Assembly: GCF_036365525.1 (NCBI RefSeq) | Contig: NC_090384.1 | Coordinates: 55,363,895 to 55,427,894, forward strand | Direction: 5' to 3' | Source: Heterodontus francisci | Taxonomy: Eukaryota | Length of the DNA stretch: 64,000 bases | Shown: positions 25,301 to 40,300 of the stretch, piece by piece | Layout of the letters: every line of letters begins with the position of its first letter | Numbering within the stretch: the stretch's first letter is position 1 | Program-made: the position numbers and the translations under genes | Notes under the pieces: generated by a model | The model's database searches: none | Told to the model about the DNA's origin: nothing | The model's input: the letters and a program-made list of their open reading frames with translations, nothing else

Positions 25301-28300
25301 TAATAGAAATAAACTAAAGACTGAAAGAAAATCAGACCACCTTCAAACTCAATATAAAATTCTATCATTTTATGATCACTCTTCTCTATCTAGAGGCCCC
25401 TTTACTACAAGATTAGTAATTAAACCTCTCATTGCACAATATTAGACCCAAAATAGCCTGTTCCCTAGTTGATTCATCGAATCTAGAAACCTACGAGGAT
25501 GTAGCAATGGAGTATGTTGAGTAGCTTGCTGCTTCTTCTGTGGGAGATGGCAAAATGTCAGCACCTTAATACCTACACTGTCACAGTGGCATTTGTGTGA
25601 GGCACCATGCAGCCACAAGCTTCCACCCCTACTCTTATCTCCTTAATCTGAAGGGGCACAATAGCCCACGCTTAGCTTGCATCCTCCATTCCTGTATATT
25701 TAACATGGTAATGGTATGCACAGGACAATGACAAGGAAAAGATGGAAGATGACGATGATAATGAAGAACAGAAACTCAACTAGTTCCTGTGAACTCTAAT
25801 GATGAGGATGAAAATGAGGCGGATGAAGAATTTGGATTTAAGCCCATTTATGAGTTCCACGCAGAGACCTCCTGCCCCACGTTCCTCCTCCCCAACCTCC
25901 TCAAATCTATTTCCTGCACCACTTGGTCTTTCACTCCATGCATCAGCTGAGATATATTTAATGGGATGTGGGGGGGGGGGGGCGGTCAGGTGGGGGCAAG
26001 AATAGTGTTAATGACGAAATGACCAGGTGATTCATAGAGCGTGAGGAAGCTGGGTGAGGATTTGCCAACTTTCCAACAAGGGCTAAAGAAGGCTCCCCAT
26101 GAAATCCAGAGTAATGGGATCTAGAACACGTAGCTACAAGACTGAAAATAAAGTTATTCAAGGAACATTGCATCCATGCGTTAGCTCCAAGGTCAGTTTC
26201 CAAGGACATGCTGCAACTGACAATGTTACTCAAGTTGACGGTTCTTATTTGTGGCAAATAAGAGCTTTTTCTTTGTTGCAATTTCAATGCAATCTGCAAC
26301 ATACCCCCTTCTTAGAAATGGCCAGGGACAACTGATTCCAGCTGTAGGGGAGAGAATAGATAATGCCCTGCATTTCTCTGAGCTTTCAGGATCTGATAGT
26401 TGCCAGTCATCTTGCTGATACGGGAGGTTGGGTGGGGTGGGGCAGCCTTATCCAGGACACAATGGAATGGTAATGACTGGAGTAGACCTGCATAATTTTG
26501 CTGTTGCTCAGAACAGCAACACATACCAGGCCTCCAAACTTGCCCTTCAGAGTACCACAGCAATAGAACACAGAAGGAACAAGCCTCCATAGATGTATTC
26601 AGCAGCAGACCCCTGTCAGGAGCAACCTGGCAATGATTGGAGGGCAACTGTTTTGTAGAACATGAGCAGTAGAGACAAAGAGGCTGACAGTCATTTCTAG
26701 GCTGGGTACCGGATTGAGGGAGTGTTTGTTTATTTGAAAGGAGGCAAGAAAGGAATAAGGCTCTGGTCTCAAAAGGTAGAATATGCTATGCAGAACAGAA
26801 TACTTCAGTGATAAGATGTGCTCTAATGACCTTCCACCAGTCAAAGAGGCATCTGCTGAGTGTGGTCACCATGATGCTCTCCTCCATGTTGTTGACTTTG
26901 ATGACTATCTCAATGGTGTCTTGCTGTGATGAAGAATTCCCCCAGCTTTTCTGTAAAGTGCACAGTCCCTTGACATATACATGCCCATACTGCACCTTGG
27001 CTGATGCTATAATAATCTCCCAAGGCTGCATGAGATGACCATATGAAATGACATGTGCCCTTAAATTTGAGTATGACTGTAATTTTCATAGTGCAGCACA
27101 AATACTTATTAAGTGACCTGCATTTTGGAAGAGTGGAGTAATATCTAATGGGGTCCATCCTCTTCAAACACTTCTTTACTCTCCTTTACACCTTACAACT
27201 CTCCCATATAACTGCCTTCCTCCAATTTTGGCCTCTGAAGCAGCCCCAATTTTATTGCTCTACCAACGGCAGCTATGCCTTCATCTGCCAAGTCCTAAAA
27301 GCTCTGGGAATTCCCTCCCCAAATCTCTCCACCTCTTTCCTCTATTAAGATGCTCCTTAAAACTTAACTCTTCATCTGCCCTAATAACTCCTTATGTGGT
27401 TCGCTGTCAAATTTTGTTCGATAATGCTCCTGTGAAGTGCCTTGGGATGTTTTACTGTGATAAAAGGTGCAATATAATGGGATAGAAAGGTATTGCACAG
27501 AGCAATCCACATCTGCTCCTGAAAGCCCTAGCTCTGGGTAAGAGGTAGACTTGTAAATGTCCCAGTGGTCTCACATGATCAGATGCAGTGAGAAGAAACT
27601 CCAGGTCTGTATAGGCAGGATTCCAGAAACAGACAAATAACTTCAAAAAGTAATTCCCAGTTGCAGAGATTACTACCCAAACAGTCCACACCTTCAGGCT
27701 CACAAACTCCTCATGTTTGTTTTTTTTTCCAGAGATACAGCACTGAAACAGGCCCTTCAGCCCACCGAGTCTGTGCCGACCATCAACCACCCATTTATAC
27801 TAATCCTACACTAATTCCATATTCCTACCACATCCCACCTGTCCCTGTATTTCCCTACCGCCTACCTATACTAGGGGCAATTTATAATAGCCAATTTACC
27901 TATCAACCTGCAAGTCTTTGGCATGTGGGAGGGAACCAGAGCACCCGGAGGAAACCCACAAAGACACAGGGAGAACTTGCAAGCTCCACACAGGCAGTAC
28001 CCGGAATTGAACCCGGGTCGCTGGAGCCGTGAGGCTGCGGTGCTAACCACTGCGCCACTGTGCTGCCCAGCTCACCCTGGAAACAACTTGCGGGAAGGAC
28101 TACACTGATGAAACAGAGATTATGCTGAAAATTGTGTAATTTCTAAGCCAATATGCTTCTAACCTATGCTACATGCTTTATAATATGCAGCAGTTCACCT
28201 AAATAAATCTTGATCAGCCGAATTGTAATTGACAGCAATTTTGAAAATGCATTTATATGGATTTTCTCATCTAAAATATCATTCAGAAAGAACCATGATA

Positions 28301-31300
28301 AGCAGTGAGCAGACAAAAAAAAAACTGGGGTAAAGGATAAGGGAGAAGGCATGGTTGAGAAGATTTTCTTAAAAGGAAGCCTTCAAAGACAGGGAAAGAG
28401 ATAGCAATTTTGGGAAGGGAATTAGTGTTATTGTAGACTGAATAAATATTCCCATGGTGGAGCAAAGGAAGCAGGGCACAAGCAGCTATTCAGAATCAGG
28501 CATGGGTGTACGCCCACTGAAAATTACTTAGTTTGAGTTGAGTCAAACTATCAGTTCCATGGAGTTAAGTGGTGATAGGAGTACAAAAGTTCCATTTTTA
28601 TGCAAGTTACTTTTACTTTAGTTCCACGGCATGAGCTAAGAAGTTAGTCTCTTCGGAAGAGAGGCCCAGTTAACGATGTAACTAATTTCACTGTAGTTTT
28701 TATGAAGTCACTTCATAGCTTCCTTTACTTCAAGGTTTAAAGTTTCTGAGTAGTATTTTCACCATGCTATCAGCTCCAAAAAACAGTGAACATTATTGGA
28801 GTAACTCTTTGTAAGATTTTCCATGGGCAAAGTGAACTCCCTTTTAATAGGAACTTTTGTTTTAATTGTTTAAACAGTGTGGAATTGAACTCTAGTGGAT
28901 CAATTTGGACAGATCTCCAGTTACTATAAGAGAATGATCACAAAATCTACAGGTGACAATCACATGATGCCCTGGTTATCAACTCAAAAGCCATCACTTT
29001 AAACAGAGTGCGGCACTGAAGTGGGACCAGTAGGGCAATATTAGTAGATTATTTAGCATTAGGATACGTTAACAGTCTTAGAAGGAAGATGGAAGCACTG
29101 TAGTTGTGGGGAACCAGGGCATGATGGGATGTGTGGCAATGATATGGGAAGCTGTACAACTCAGAACTCTAATTGTCTTTATACCTGAGTAAACATGTCC
29201 TTGACTGCAACTGCAGGAGGCACAGGATATAATAAACTGTGAAAACTCCAACCCTCAGGAATGGGGAGGAGACACGGGGGGATGATGAGTGGATTAGTTA
29301 GACAATACACTTCAGTTTATTGATCAAGCTGCAGCTTTGGAATATGTCGGGGTGGGGGGGAAACAGGGGTAGCATGGACAAATGAGTAATTGTTATTGTA
29401 TTCCATAAATTTGTACAACAGACTCCGTTTCATTGAGAAGCTTCTGGTTGTTTCACCAGGCATGTCTCCCTTGCACCGGTGTTTGAATAAACCTTTATTT
29501 CTTTAATCCTGTGGACTCGAGACCAGTTATTTTCCTCACAACAATGTGGCATAGTTGGCAGGATCCTCAAGGCTCAGTCGCAGTGCCCGGTTGAATGTTG
29601 GCCTCAGAGCGGGTGAGTACATTTGCTTTACCACCCACTAGATAGGGAAGTCGGGATTCGGGATGGGAAGCTAGCGAGCCAATTTGAGGATCCGAACCAA
29701 AGGATGGGCCCATGGGTGCAGTAACTAAAGACAGCGCAGCACCAGGATCACAGTTCCTTGGGTAAACGAGGAGGTAATATCATTCTCGGGGTTAGCCAGA
29801 CGAAGTAAGAACGATCGGAGCGGAAACGAGAGGTCTGTTTTCCATGTAGGAAAGATCATAGGGTAGGGTACCCACACAAATAATAACTGTCAGACTATAA
29901 AACATCAGCCAGGGCAAATAAGGATCCAGAGTGGGGATCCGAAGGGTCACTCACCAAATTTTTGGCAGCCAAAAACAAGAAAAGCTTTAGATAAAATGAT
30001 CAGGAAGGTTGGGATCCCTCGAGGACCCCGGATAAGTATAAAGAATGGCGGAAAGAACAAACAAAAAGAATAATTATATTATGCAAGTGCTATCTTACCA
30101 TGTGTCAGTCCGGATAGTCTGAATTAGTTAGGCTAACTCAGGAAAAGAGACAGGTTGCAAGTGTTAGAAGGACAAGAGCCAGAGTGGGTAAGATGGACAA
30201 TTTAAACAAGATGCTTTAGTGAAATCTAAAAGTGAGTAAAAACAAGTTACTGTGTCTTTGTTCAAATCTGCATGAATGTTGGAAGCTTCTACTCGTCTGT
30301 GTGGTTGTGTGCTGTGGAGCGGACAATCGTTAACTCTTTGTTGTCTGGCTTTAATGTTGAAAGTATTAGTCTGTTACTTGTTCTTTTGTTCTATTCTTGC
30401 ACATTCTGTGGGAACCTTGAGTCATGTTTTGGGTGTGAACTAGTCAAACCTGTGTGTTCCTTGGACTGGGCACTGGGAATTTAATGCTGATTTTTGGTAC
30501 TTTGAATTCATAACCCATTACAGGAATCAATATTTCTAAGTTGTATGGAATTAAGGAAGTGCGAATGTGATTGCTGAGTGTGCTCATTTCAATTTAAGAT
30601 TGTGCATCCAGCAATGGATAGAAAAGCTGAACTATATTTTAAATTAAACATTGTGGTGTAGTGTTATATTTTTATTTTAAAAGTCAGTTTTGAAACTGTA
30701 AAATGGCAATGCACAATTTTGTAAGAGATAAGCTTCAGCCTTGAAGGCTTGGAAATGCCTGGCAGAAATCCAAGTTAAGTTTTTAAACACTTTCCTTTAA
30801 TTGGTCCAAAGTTTGAAATCTACTCTTGCTTCTTGCAGTTTAAAGACATATCTTACTGATTGTAAGGATAAATAAAGGAGATATTGAAAAGATTTTAACA
30901 TTTGTTTAGAAACAATTGGAGTTTAATCTAAAATGCTGTCTTCCCTGATAGAGATGTTTTGAAGTTAAAGGGGAAAATCAAATTTAGAAAAACTTTTAAA
31001 AAAAGCATTCTCGGTGGTTTCTATGAATGTAGAGAAATGTTGCTTTTGGGACGAAATCAATGGAACATTAACAAAACCTGTCACCCCAGCAACACTGTTA
31101 TTTGAATTTGGGTAACTAAGATGCAAAAAGTCCACTGTAATTTAACAAGTTACTTTTAAGGAACTAAAATGTCAACTAAGATAAAGAAAAAACAAATAAA
31201 CGAAGAATAAAAGGAAAAGGGTATTGTAGCTCTGTGTCATGAGCACACAAGGCCAAGAAAGTTGGTGTGTGGTGCTTCGCAGTCATGAGGAAAGATAAAT

Positions 31301-34300
31301 GATCCAAGGTCAGCAGTAAATAATGTGGTGTTGTTTTATCATTTTAGGGAACTGTCCTGAACATACATAGACAGGAGTCAGAGAAGGGTTAGGAGGAACT
31401 AAGTTCCGAAGAAGGGTCACTGACCCGAAACGTTAACTCTGCTTCTCTTTCCACAGATGCTGCCAGACCTGCTGAGTGAATCCAGCATTTCTTGTTTTTG
31501 TAGGAGGAACTAAGTTGGAAGCACCACAGTAAATTAAAATACTGTTGGAGAAGATAAAAAAGAAAACTTCTGTGTCCATAAGTTTCTGTTTATGTATTAT
31601 ATTAGTGTACTGTGATTTCCTCGTCTGTGTTAGCTCCATCTGTGCCACTGAACTAATGTCTTATTAACCTGCAGTGGCCTAGTCCTGCAGTGTTGGGCAA
31701 GCTAATGGAGCTAAGGATTGATAAGTCTCCTGGCCCTGATGGAATGCATCCCAGGGTACTAAAGAGATGGCGGGAGAAATAGCAGGTGCACTGACGGTAA
31801 TTTTCCAAAATTCGCTGGACTCTGGGGTAGTCCCAGTTGATTGGAAAACAGCAGATGTGACGCTACTGTTTAAAAAGGAAGGTAGACAAAAGATGGGGAA
31901 TTATAGACCGATTAGCTTAACCTCTGTAGTGGGGAAGATGCTTGAGTCTATTATCAAGGAAGAAATAGCAGGGCATCTCGATAGAAATTGTCCCATTGGG
32001 CAGACGCAGCATGGGTTCATGAAGGGCAGGTCATGCTTGACAAATCTTTTGGAATTCTATGAAGACATTACAAGCAAGGTGGACAATGGGGACCCAGTGG
32101 ATGTGGTGTACCTAGATTTCCAAAAGGCCTTCGACAAGGTGCCGCACAAGAGGCTGCTGCATAAGATAAGGATGCATGGCGTCAGGGGTAAAGTATTAGC
32201 ATGGATAGAGGATTGGTTGACTAACAGGAAGCAGAGAGTGGGGATAAATGAGTGCTATTCTGGTTGGCAATCAGTCACTAATGATGTGCCTCAGGGATCG
32301 ATGTTGGGACCGCAATTATTTACAATTTATATCGATGATTTGGAGTTGGGGACCACGTGTAGGGTGTCAAAGTTTACAGATGACACTAAGATGAGTGGCA
32401 GAGCAAAGTGTGCAGATGACTGTGAAACTTTGCAGAGGAACATAGATACATTGAGTGAGTGGGCAAAGGTCTGGCAGATGGAATACAATCTTAATAAATG
32501 TGAAGTCATTCATTTCAGTAGGAGTAACAGTAAAAAGGATTATTACTTGAATGGTAAAAAGTTGCAGCATGCTGCTATGCAGAGGGACCTAGGTGTCCTT
32601 GTGCATGAATCGCAGAAGGTTGGTCTGCAGGTACAGCAAGTAATTAGGAAGGCAAATTGAATTTTGTCCTTCATTGCTAAAGGGATTGAGTTTAAAAGCA
32701 GAGAGGTTACGTTGCAGCTGTATAAGGTACTGGTGAGGCCGCACCTGGAGTACTGTGTGCAGTTTTGGTCTCCTTACTTGAGAAAGGATATACTGGCACT
32801 GGAGAGGGTGCAGAGGAGGTTCACTAGGTTGATTCCGGAGTTGAGGGGGTTGGCTTATGAGGAGAGACTGAGTAGATTGGGATTATATTCATTGGAGTTC
32901 AGAAGAATGAGGGGGGATCTTATAGAAACATATAAAATCATGAAGGGAATAGATAAGATACAAGTAGAGAGGATGTTTCCACTGGCAGGTGAAGCTAGGA
33001 CAAGAGGGCATAGCCTCAAGATTAGAGGGAGCAGATTTAGGACTGAATTAAGAAGGAACTTCTTCACCCAGAGGGTTGTTAATCTATGGAATTCCTTGCC
33101 CAGTGAAGTAGTTGACGCTTCTTCAGTAAACGTCTTTAAAGCTAAGGTAGATATCTTTTTGAACAATAAAGGAATTAAGGGATACGGTGGGAGCGCGGGT
33201 AAGTGGATCTGAGTCCACGAAAAGATCAGCCATGAATTATTGAATGGCGGAGCAGGCTCGAGGGGCCGGACGGCCTACTCCTGCTCCTAGTTCTTATAAT
33301 CTTAGGATCTTCTAAAGTTTTGATGGCTGTATAAAATGGATGAGAATCTGTTAAAGTACACACTTTGTTTTGGCAAGGGGAGACAGAGAGAAGGGTTCCT
33401 TTAAGGGGGGAACGATAGGTAATGATACTCTGCACTGTCAATTCGATTGTTCTTGTGGGTGAAAAACTCAAAGACTATCCTTTCCTTCCCCCAATCCTGA
33501 GAGACGCCACTGGTTGAAGATTGGCAGATTTAAATGAAGGACCAAGACCACTGATACACTTTATTTCCTTTGTTTTCTTTCTTTCATCTTAAGTTGTTAA
33601 GTTGAAGGAGTGTTGCAGAAATTGTGTGGATAATGTATGTGTGTAAGTTTTAATATGCTTTCTTCCCTAAAGGGTGGTTGCACGAAAGGGGCGTCAGCAC
33701 ATTTTAAAAAAACATTTCCACAATGAGGAATGCGCGTTGGATCAAAAGGAAGGTGTAAACAAACTAAATGTTTGCACTGGAGTGCTGTCTTGGGGCTGCA
33801 TTAGAGTGCTAAAGTGGGAGTTTTGTGACTGAGGAAGTTCAGTGAGGAGGGAGCGAGGAGCTCCTTTCATTTCCTACCTGTCCTCAAAGAGCGTGAGTTG
33901 AGCCGAGAGTTTCCAAAGAGCACAGCTGACTGGTGAGTAAGTCCTGGTCGGTATTTTTCAAACTGGATTGAATTGTAAGTCATTGTTTTAACAAGACTTA
34001 GATGATTTTTTTTTTTATTACAATAGTCTTCTAAAGTTTTAAATTGAAAGGGTTCAGTCATGGCAGGAGAGCTTAAAGCCATGGTTTGCTCCTCTTGCTG
34101 CATGTGGGAATCTGGGAACATTTCCAGTCCCCGGAACCAGCACGTGTGTCCAGCTGCAGCTCCTGGAAGCTCGGGTTTCAGAGCTGGAACAGTGGCTGGA
34201 AACACTGCGGAGCATCCGCGAGTCTGAGAGCATCGTGGATAGCACGTTTAGAGAGGTGGTCACACTGCAGCTGAAGGGAGTTGAGGAATGAAGGGAATGG

Positions 34301-37300
34301 GTGACCACCAGGCAGTCCAAGAGAAACAGGCAAGTAGATCAGGAGTCCCCTGGGATCCCACTTTCAAATCAGTATTCCATTTTGGAGGCTGATTCCTCCA
34401 GGGAGTGTGGACAGAGCCAAGCTTCTGGCACCACAAGCAGCCTGTCTGCACAGGAAGGGGGAAAGAGAGGAAGAGCAATAGTAATAGGGGATTCTGTAGT
34501 CAGGGGAACAGATAGGCGCTACTGTGGCTGTCAACGTGACTCCAGGGTGGTGGGTTGCCTCCCTGGTGCCAGGGTCCGGGATGTCACTGAACGGCTGCAG
34601 GGCATCCTGAAGGGGGAGGGTGATAAGGCAGAGGTCATGGTACATGTTGGTACCAATGACACAGGTAGAAAGAGGGATAAGGTCTTGCATCAAGAATTCA
34701 GGGAGTTAGGCAGTCGACTAAACAGCAGGACCTCTCGGGTTGTAATCTCTGGATTACTCCCAGTGCCACGTTCTAGCAGGTATAGAAATAGGAGAATAGC
34801 ACAGATGAATGCGTGGCTTAAGAGTTGGTGCAGGAGGGAGGGTTTTAGATTCCTGGACCACTGGGACCGTTTCTGGGGAAGGTGGGACCTGTACAAGCAG
34901 GACAGTCTGCATCGGAACCAGAGGGGGACTAACATCCTTGCTGGCGGGTTTGCTAGTGCTGTTGGGAGGAGTTTAAACTAATTTGGCAGGGGGAGGGGAC
35001 GCAGACTCCTAGCAGAATAGGAACACAGCTAAACACAGGAAAGTAAACAAGTCAGAGGGAATACAGCGGAAGTATGTTTCAAAGGAGTAAGACCAGGATG
35101 AATGGCCTCTACTTTAATGCCAGGAGTATTACAGGTAAAACGGATGAGTTAAGGGCAAGGATTGACAGGTGGAATTGTGATATAGTAGCCATCACGGAGA
35201 CATGGTTGAGGGAGGGGCAGGATTGGCAGCTCAATATCCCGGGATATAGAATCTTCAGATGAGACAGAAGAGAGGGTAAAGAGAAGGGGACATTGCAATA
35301 TTAGTTAAGGAGTCAGTTACTGCAGTAAGGAGAGATGGTATCTTCGAGAGGGCATCAAATGAAGCTTTATGGGTAGAGTTTAGGAATAAAAAAGGGACAG
35401 CCACAATATAGGTGTTTATTATAGACCCCCAGATAGTCAGCAGAACATTGAGGAGCAAATATGTGCACAATTCGCAGAGGTGTGTAAAAATAATAGGGTA
35501 ATTATATTAGGTGATTTCAACTTTCCCAACATTAATTGGGATAGTCATCGTGTTAAGGGCTTAGATGGAGTGGAGTTCTTAAAATGTATACAGGAGAACT
35601 TTTTCACTCAATATGTAGAGGATCCAACAAGGGAGGGTGCAGTGCTGGACCTAATTCTGGGGAATGAAGCTGGACAGGTGGTTGATGTATTGGTGGGGGA
35701 GCATTTTGGTGATAGCGACCACAACATGGTACAATTTAAGCCTGTTATGGAGAAAGAAATAGACAAGTTGCAAAAAAAGGTTTTGGATTGGGGGAGAGCG
35801 AATTTTAGTAAAATAAGGCAGGATCTGGCCAAGGTAGACCGGAAAGAGTTACTTGTCGGGAAATCTACAGAAGAGCAGTGGGGGGCATTCAAAAAGGAAA
35901 TGGGGAGGGTACAGACCTAACATGTTCCCTCTAGGGTAATAGGTAGGAGCAACAAGCCCAGAGAACCATGGATGACCAGAAACATTCAGGGTACGATGAG
36001 AAGGAAAAGAGAGGCTTTTAGCAAATACGAGGAGAGCAAATCAACGGAAGCATTAGTGGAGCACAGAAAGTGTAGGATGGAGCTTAAGAAAGCAATTAGG
36101 AGAGCAATGAGGGGATATGAGAAAGCTCTGGCTGGTAAAAGTAGGGAAAATCCCAAGATATTCTATTAGTATATCAATGGGAAGAGGATAACCAAGGAAA
36201 GAGTAGGACCCATTAAGGACCAAGGGGGAAATCTGTGGGCGGAGCCAGAGGACATTGGTAAAGTGTTGTACGAATACTTCACATCTGTCTTCACCCAAGA
36301 GAATGAGGATGCATATATGGAACTCGGAGAGAGAGAGAGACTGTGAGATTCTTGAGCAAATTGTCATAGGAAGTGACAAGGTGTTGAAGGTTTTGGCAGG
36401 CTCAAAAGTGGACAACTCTCCAGGTCCAGACGATTTGTGTCCCAGGATGCTGTGGGAGGCGAGGGTGGAGATTGCAGGGGTTCTGACCCAAATTTTTAAT
36501 TCCTCTCTGGCCACGGAGGAGGTGCCAGAGGACTGGAGAACAGCTAATGTGGTCACACTATTTAAGAAAAGTTGTAGAGATAAGCCAGGGAACTACAGAC
36601 CAGTGAGTCTCACGTCAGTGGTGGGGAAACTATTGGAGAAAATTCTGAAAAAGAGAATCTTTCTCCACTTGGACAGGCAAAATTTGATTAGGAATAGTTA
36701 CCATGGCTTTGTCAGAGGGAGGTCATGCCTCACAAATTTGATTGAATTTTTTGAGCATGTGACCAGGTGTGTAGATGAGGGTAGTGCAGTTGATGTAGTT
36801 TACATGGATTTCAGCAAAGCCTTTGGCAAGGTCCCACATGGGAGACTTATCAAGAAAGCAAATGCACATGGGATACAGGGTAACTTGATAAGGTGGATTC
36901 AAAATTGGCTTAGCTGTAGGAGACAGAGAGTGATGACAGACAGCTGTTTTAGTGACTGGAAGCCAGTGTCCAGTGGCGTACCACAGGGATCCGTGCTGGG
37001 TCCCTTATTGTTTGTCATTTATATAAACGACATAGATGACTATGTGGGGGGTAGGATCAGTAAGTTCGTGGATGACACAAACATTGACCAAGTGGTTAAC
37101 AGTGAGTTTGAGTGTCTTGGGTTACAGGAAGATATAGACGGGATGGTCAAATGGGCAGAAAAGTGGCAGATGAAATTTAACCCTGAAAAGTGCGAGGTGA
37201 TACACTTTGGAAGGAGTAATGTGACACGGAAGTATTCAATGAATGGCCTGACACTGGGAAGTTCCGAGGAACAAAGGGACCTTGGCATGTTTGTCCATAG

Positions 37301-40300
37301 ATCTCTGAAGGCAGAGGGGCAGGTTAATAGGGTGGTGAGAAAGGCATATGGGACACTTGCCTTTATCAATCGAGGCACAGATTACAAAAGCAGGGAGGTC
37401 ATGTTGGAGTTGTATAGAACTTTGGTAAGGCCACAGCTGGGAGTACTGTGTGCAATTCTGGTCGCCACATTATAGGAAGGATGTGATTGAACTGAAGGGG
37501 GTGCAGAGGCGATTCACCAGGATGTTGCCTAGGATGGAACATTTAAGCTATGAACAGAGATTGGATAGGCTTGGGTTGTTTTTGCTGGAACAGAGAAGAC
37601 TGAGGGGTTACCTGATCGAGGTGTACAAGATTATGAGGGGCATGGACAGGGTGGATAGGGAGCAGCTGTTCCCCTTAGTTGAAGGGTCAGTTACGAGGGG
37701 CAGGAAGTTAATGGGGATTTGAGGAAGAACCTTTTTACCCAGAAGGTGGTGACGGTCTGGAATGCACTGCCTGGGAGGGTGGTAGAGGTGGGTTGCCTCA
37801 CATCCTTTAAAAAGTTCCTGGATGAGCACTTGGCACGTCATAATATTCACGGCTATGGGCCAAGTGCTGGCAAATGGGATTAGGTAGACAGGTCAGGTGT
37901 CTTTAATGCATTGGTGCAGACTCAAATGGGCCGAAGGGCCTCTTCTGCACAGTATTATTCTGTGATTCTGTTTAAGTTATAAGATTCGAATTGAGATTTC
38001 TGGCCAAGAATCATGACACGACTGTATTTTGATAAACGTGGGAATGTTAATCCAGGTTTAAATTCACGCATGTGAGAACAGGGTAGTTTTTAATGTTGGG
38101 TACTGCTAACTGGGAAATTTCCTATTTGCCTGAAAAGTATGTGGTTAGACTATTCGATAGCCCATGGTTTGTTCTGGCTTCATAGATAAAGGGGTGGTGA
38201 CATCATCATTATTTGAGAACGTTCGTCCCACACCCTTGCAGAATAGCAGAAAGTTAACCCTTTCTGCTAGCAGTTTAAACTAACCATACAACTTTCAAAA
38301 TTTATTGCAACAAGATTGCTGACATCTTCAGGAAGGAATTGAAGATGATGAATTAAATTATATTAACTTGAGTTGGTTTTCTAACCTGAAATTTAAAGAG
38401 ATTCCAGGAAAACAACAAAACTACATATACGGATTTGGTGGTTTCTGCTTGGACAACAGTAAATATTGGATTAAATAAGAAAACAACATCACTGTATATC
38501 AACTCAGAGGTTTGGTACAGACAGATTGAAAAGGAAAAATTTTAAAGTAATGGGATTGGTATTTTATTTTCCAGGAATGCCGCATGGGATGACACCACTC
38601 CCAGTGGTCTCAAGTCAAATTACGTGACTTACATTCTGTTTCTGCCAACAGGAGGGCCAGCAGCAAATCTTAGTGATTTTGTTTCAGGTAAATCAATGGA
38701 GCAATGGCAGCCCAGTGGGTAGCAACAAAGGTGATCATCCTCCTGGTAACCGTGGCAACATGGGAGGTGCCCACCGTAAATATCAACAGAACCTCTTGCC
38801 TGCATCCAGGATAGTGCATGCAACTACCTAAAGGAGGGAGCACCTCGAGGGCGTCCAACACCGGAGTGAACATCACGACAGGATGGACTAATCAGCCTCC
38901 AGTTTTTGAGAACTCAAAGGGAAGGGCTTGTGACATGTTGGCTCAGAACTTGGTAGATAACGTTGTTTCAGAGATTGAAGATAGAAGATTTGGTACCCAC
39001 GACACATACATCAGGCTGTGAAAATTAGACCGTATTAATTTGCACGAGGAAAGACAGGAACTGGTAGTTATATGACCTCTAATGCAGGGTGAGGTGGGGA
39101 TGCAAGGTGGGGTGGAGATTGGAGAATACAATCAAGTTCCGAATGATTGCCTCCAGACCATGCAAATAGTACTTATTCAGGGGGTTATAAATTCATATCC
39201 CTGGGGGTGGTGAGGGATGAGTTAGTGTATCAAGTAGGATCTCGCGGGTATATAAATCCAGGTTTAAATGGTACCCTATTGATGAAACATGAGAATGTTG
39301 TACTGAGTTGCAGCATTACATCATCTGCTCTTGTAATACCCTGAGACCCATCAATAATGACTCTGCCATAGTGATATCAGCCAGCCCTCTCAAGAAAGTC
39401 TTTAAGGCAGTACAAGCCTCCCCTACACAGTGGTGCTTTGATGGACAGGACAAGGTTCATATATGGAGGATTGGTGTGTGACAATAACCACACTTTCTGC
39501 TGACAGATCATGGACTCTTTTACGGTGGGGGATTTCCAACTTGTGGGCAGGGCCCTCATGGGGTGTGTATTCAGCCCCTGGTGGGATGGATCGTTAGACA
39601 TTGATGCCATCCCGGGAGGATTACCCGGGAAGTGGTGCAAAGGGCCCTAGCCACTACAAGGAGTTTCAGAACATAGAACATAGAACAGTACACAATATTC
39701 CAAGTGTGGTCTAACCAGGGTCTTATAGAGCTGCAGCATAACCTCGCGGCTCTTAAACTGAGTCCCCCTGTTAAGAAGGCGTATGGTGTGTTGGCTTTCA
39801 TTAACAACCCTGTCAACTTGGGTGGCAACTTTGAGCGATCTATGGACATGGACCCCAAGATCCCTCTGTTCCTCCACACTACCAAGAATCCTGCCTTTAA
39901 GCCTGTATTCTGCATTTTGGAAGGTCGAATTTGAATGAATCACTTCACACATTTTCAGGTTGAACTCCATCTGTCACTTCTCAGCCCAGCTCTGCATCCT
40001 GTCAATGTCCAGTTGCAACCTACAACAGCCTATCCACACTATCCACAACTCCAGCAACCTTCGTGTCATCGGCAAACTTGCTAACCCAGCCTTCCACTTC
40101 CTCATCCAAGTCATTTATAAAAATCACAAAGAGCAGAGGTCCCAGAACAGATCCCTGCGGAACACCACTGGTCACCGAGTTTTATGGAGCAAAGCCGTCA
40201 AGTAATCACGAGGGGCAGGGTACGGGGAAGCTAGACAAATGAGTGGCTAGGAGATTGGAGGACTCGGCCTCCAATAGAGCCAAGATGGCAAGAATACAGT

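Noticed and set aside
25480-27050. Possible Harbinger transposase or other coding remnant
   Set aside because: Only weak motif resemblance (SFQ); no convincing DDE motifs or ends.
29880-30250. gag-like fragment in the ERV
   Set aside because: The position fits, but multiple stops and no diagnostic motif (MHR or CCHC) are visible, so it is not called.
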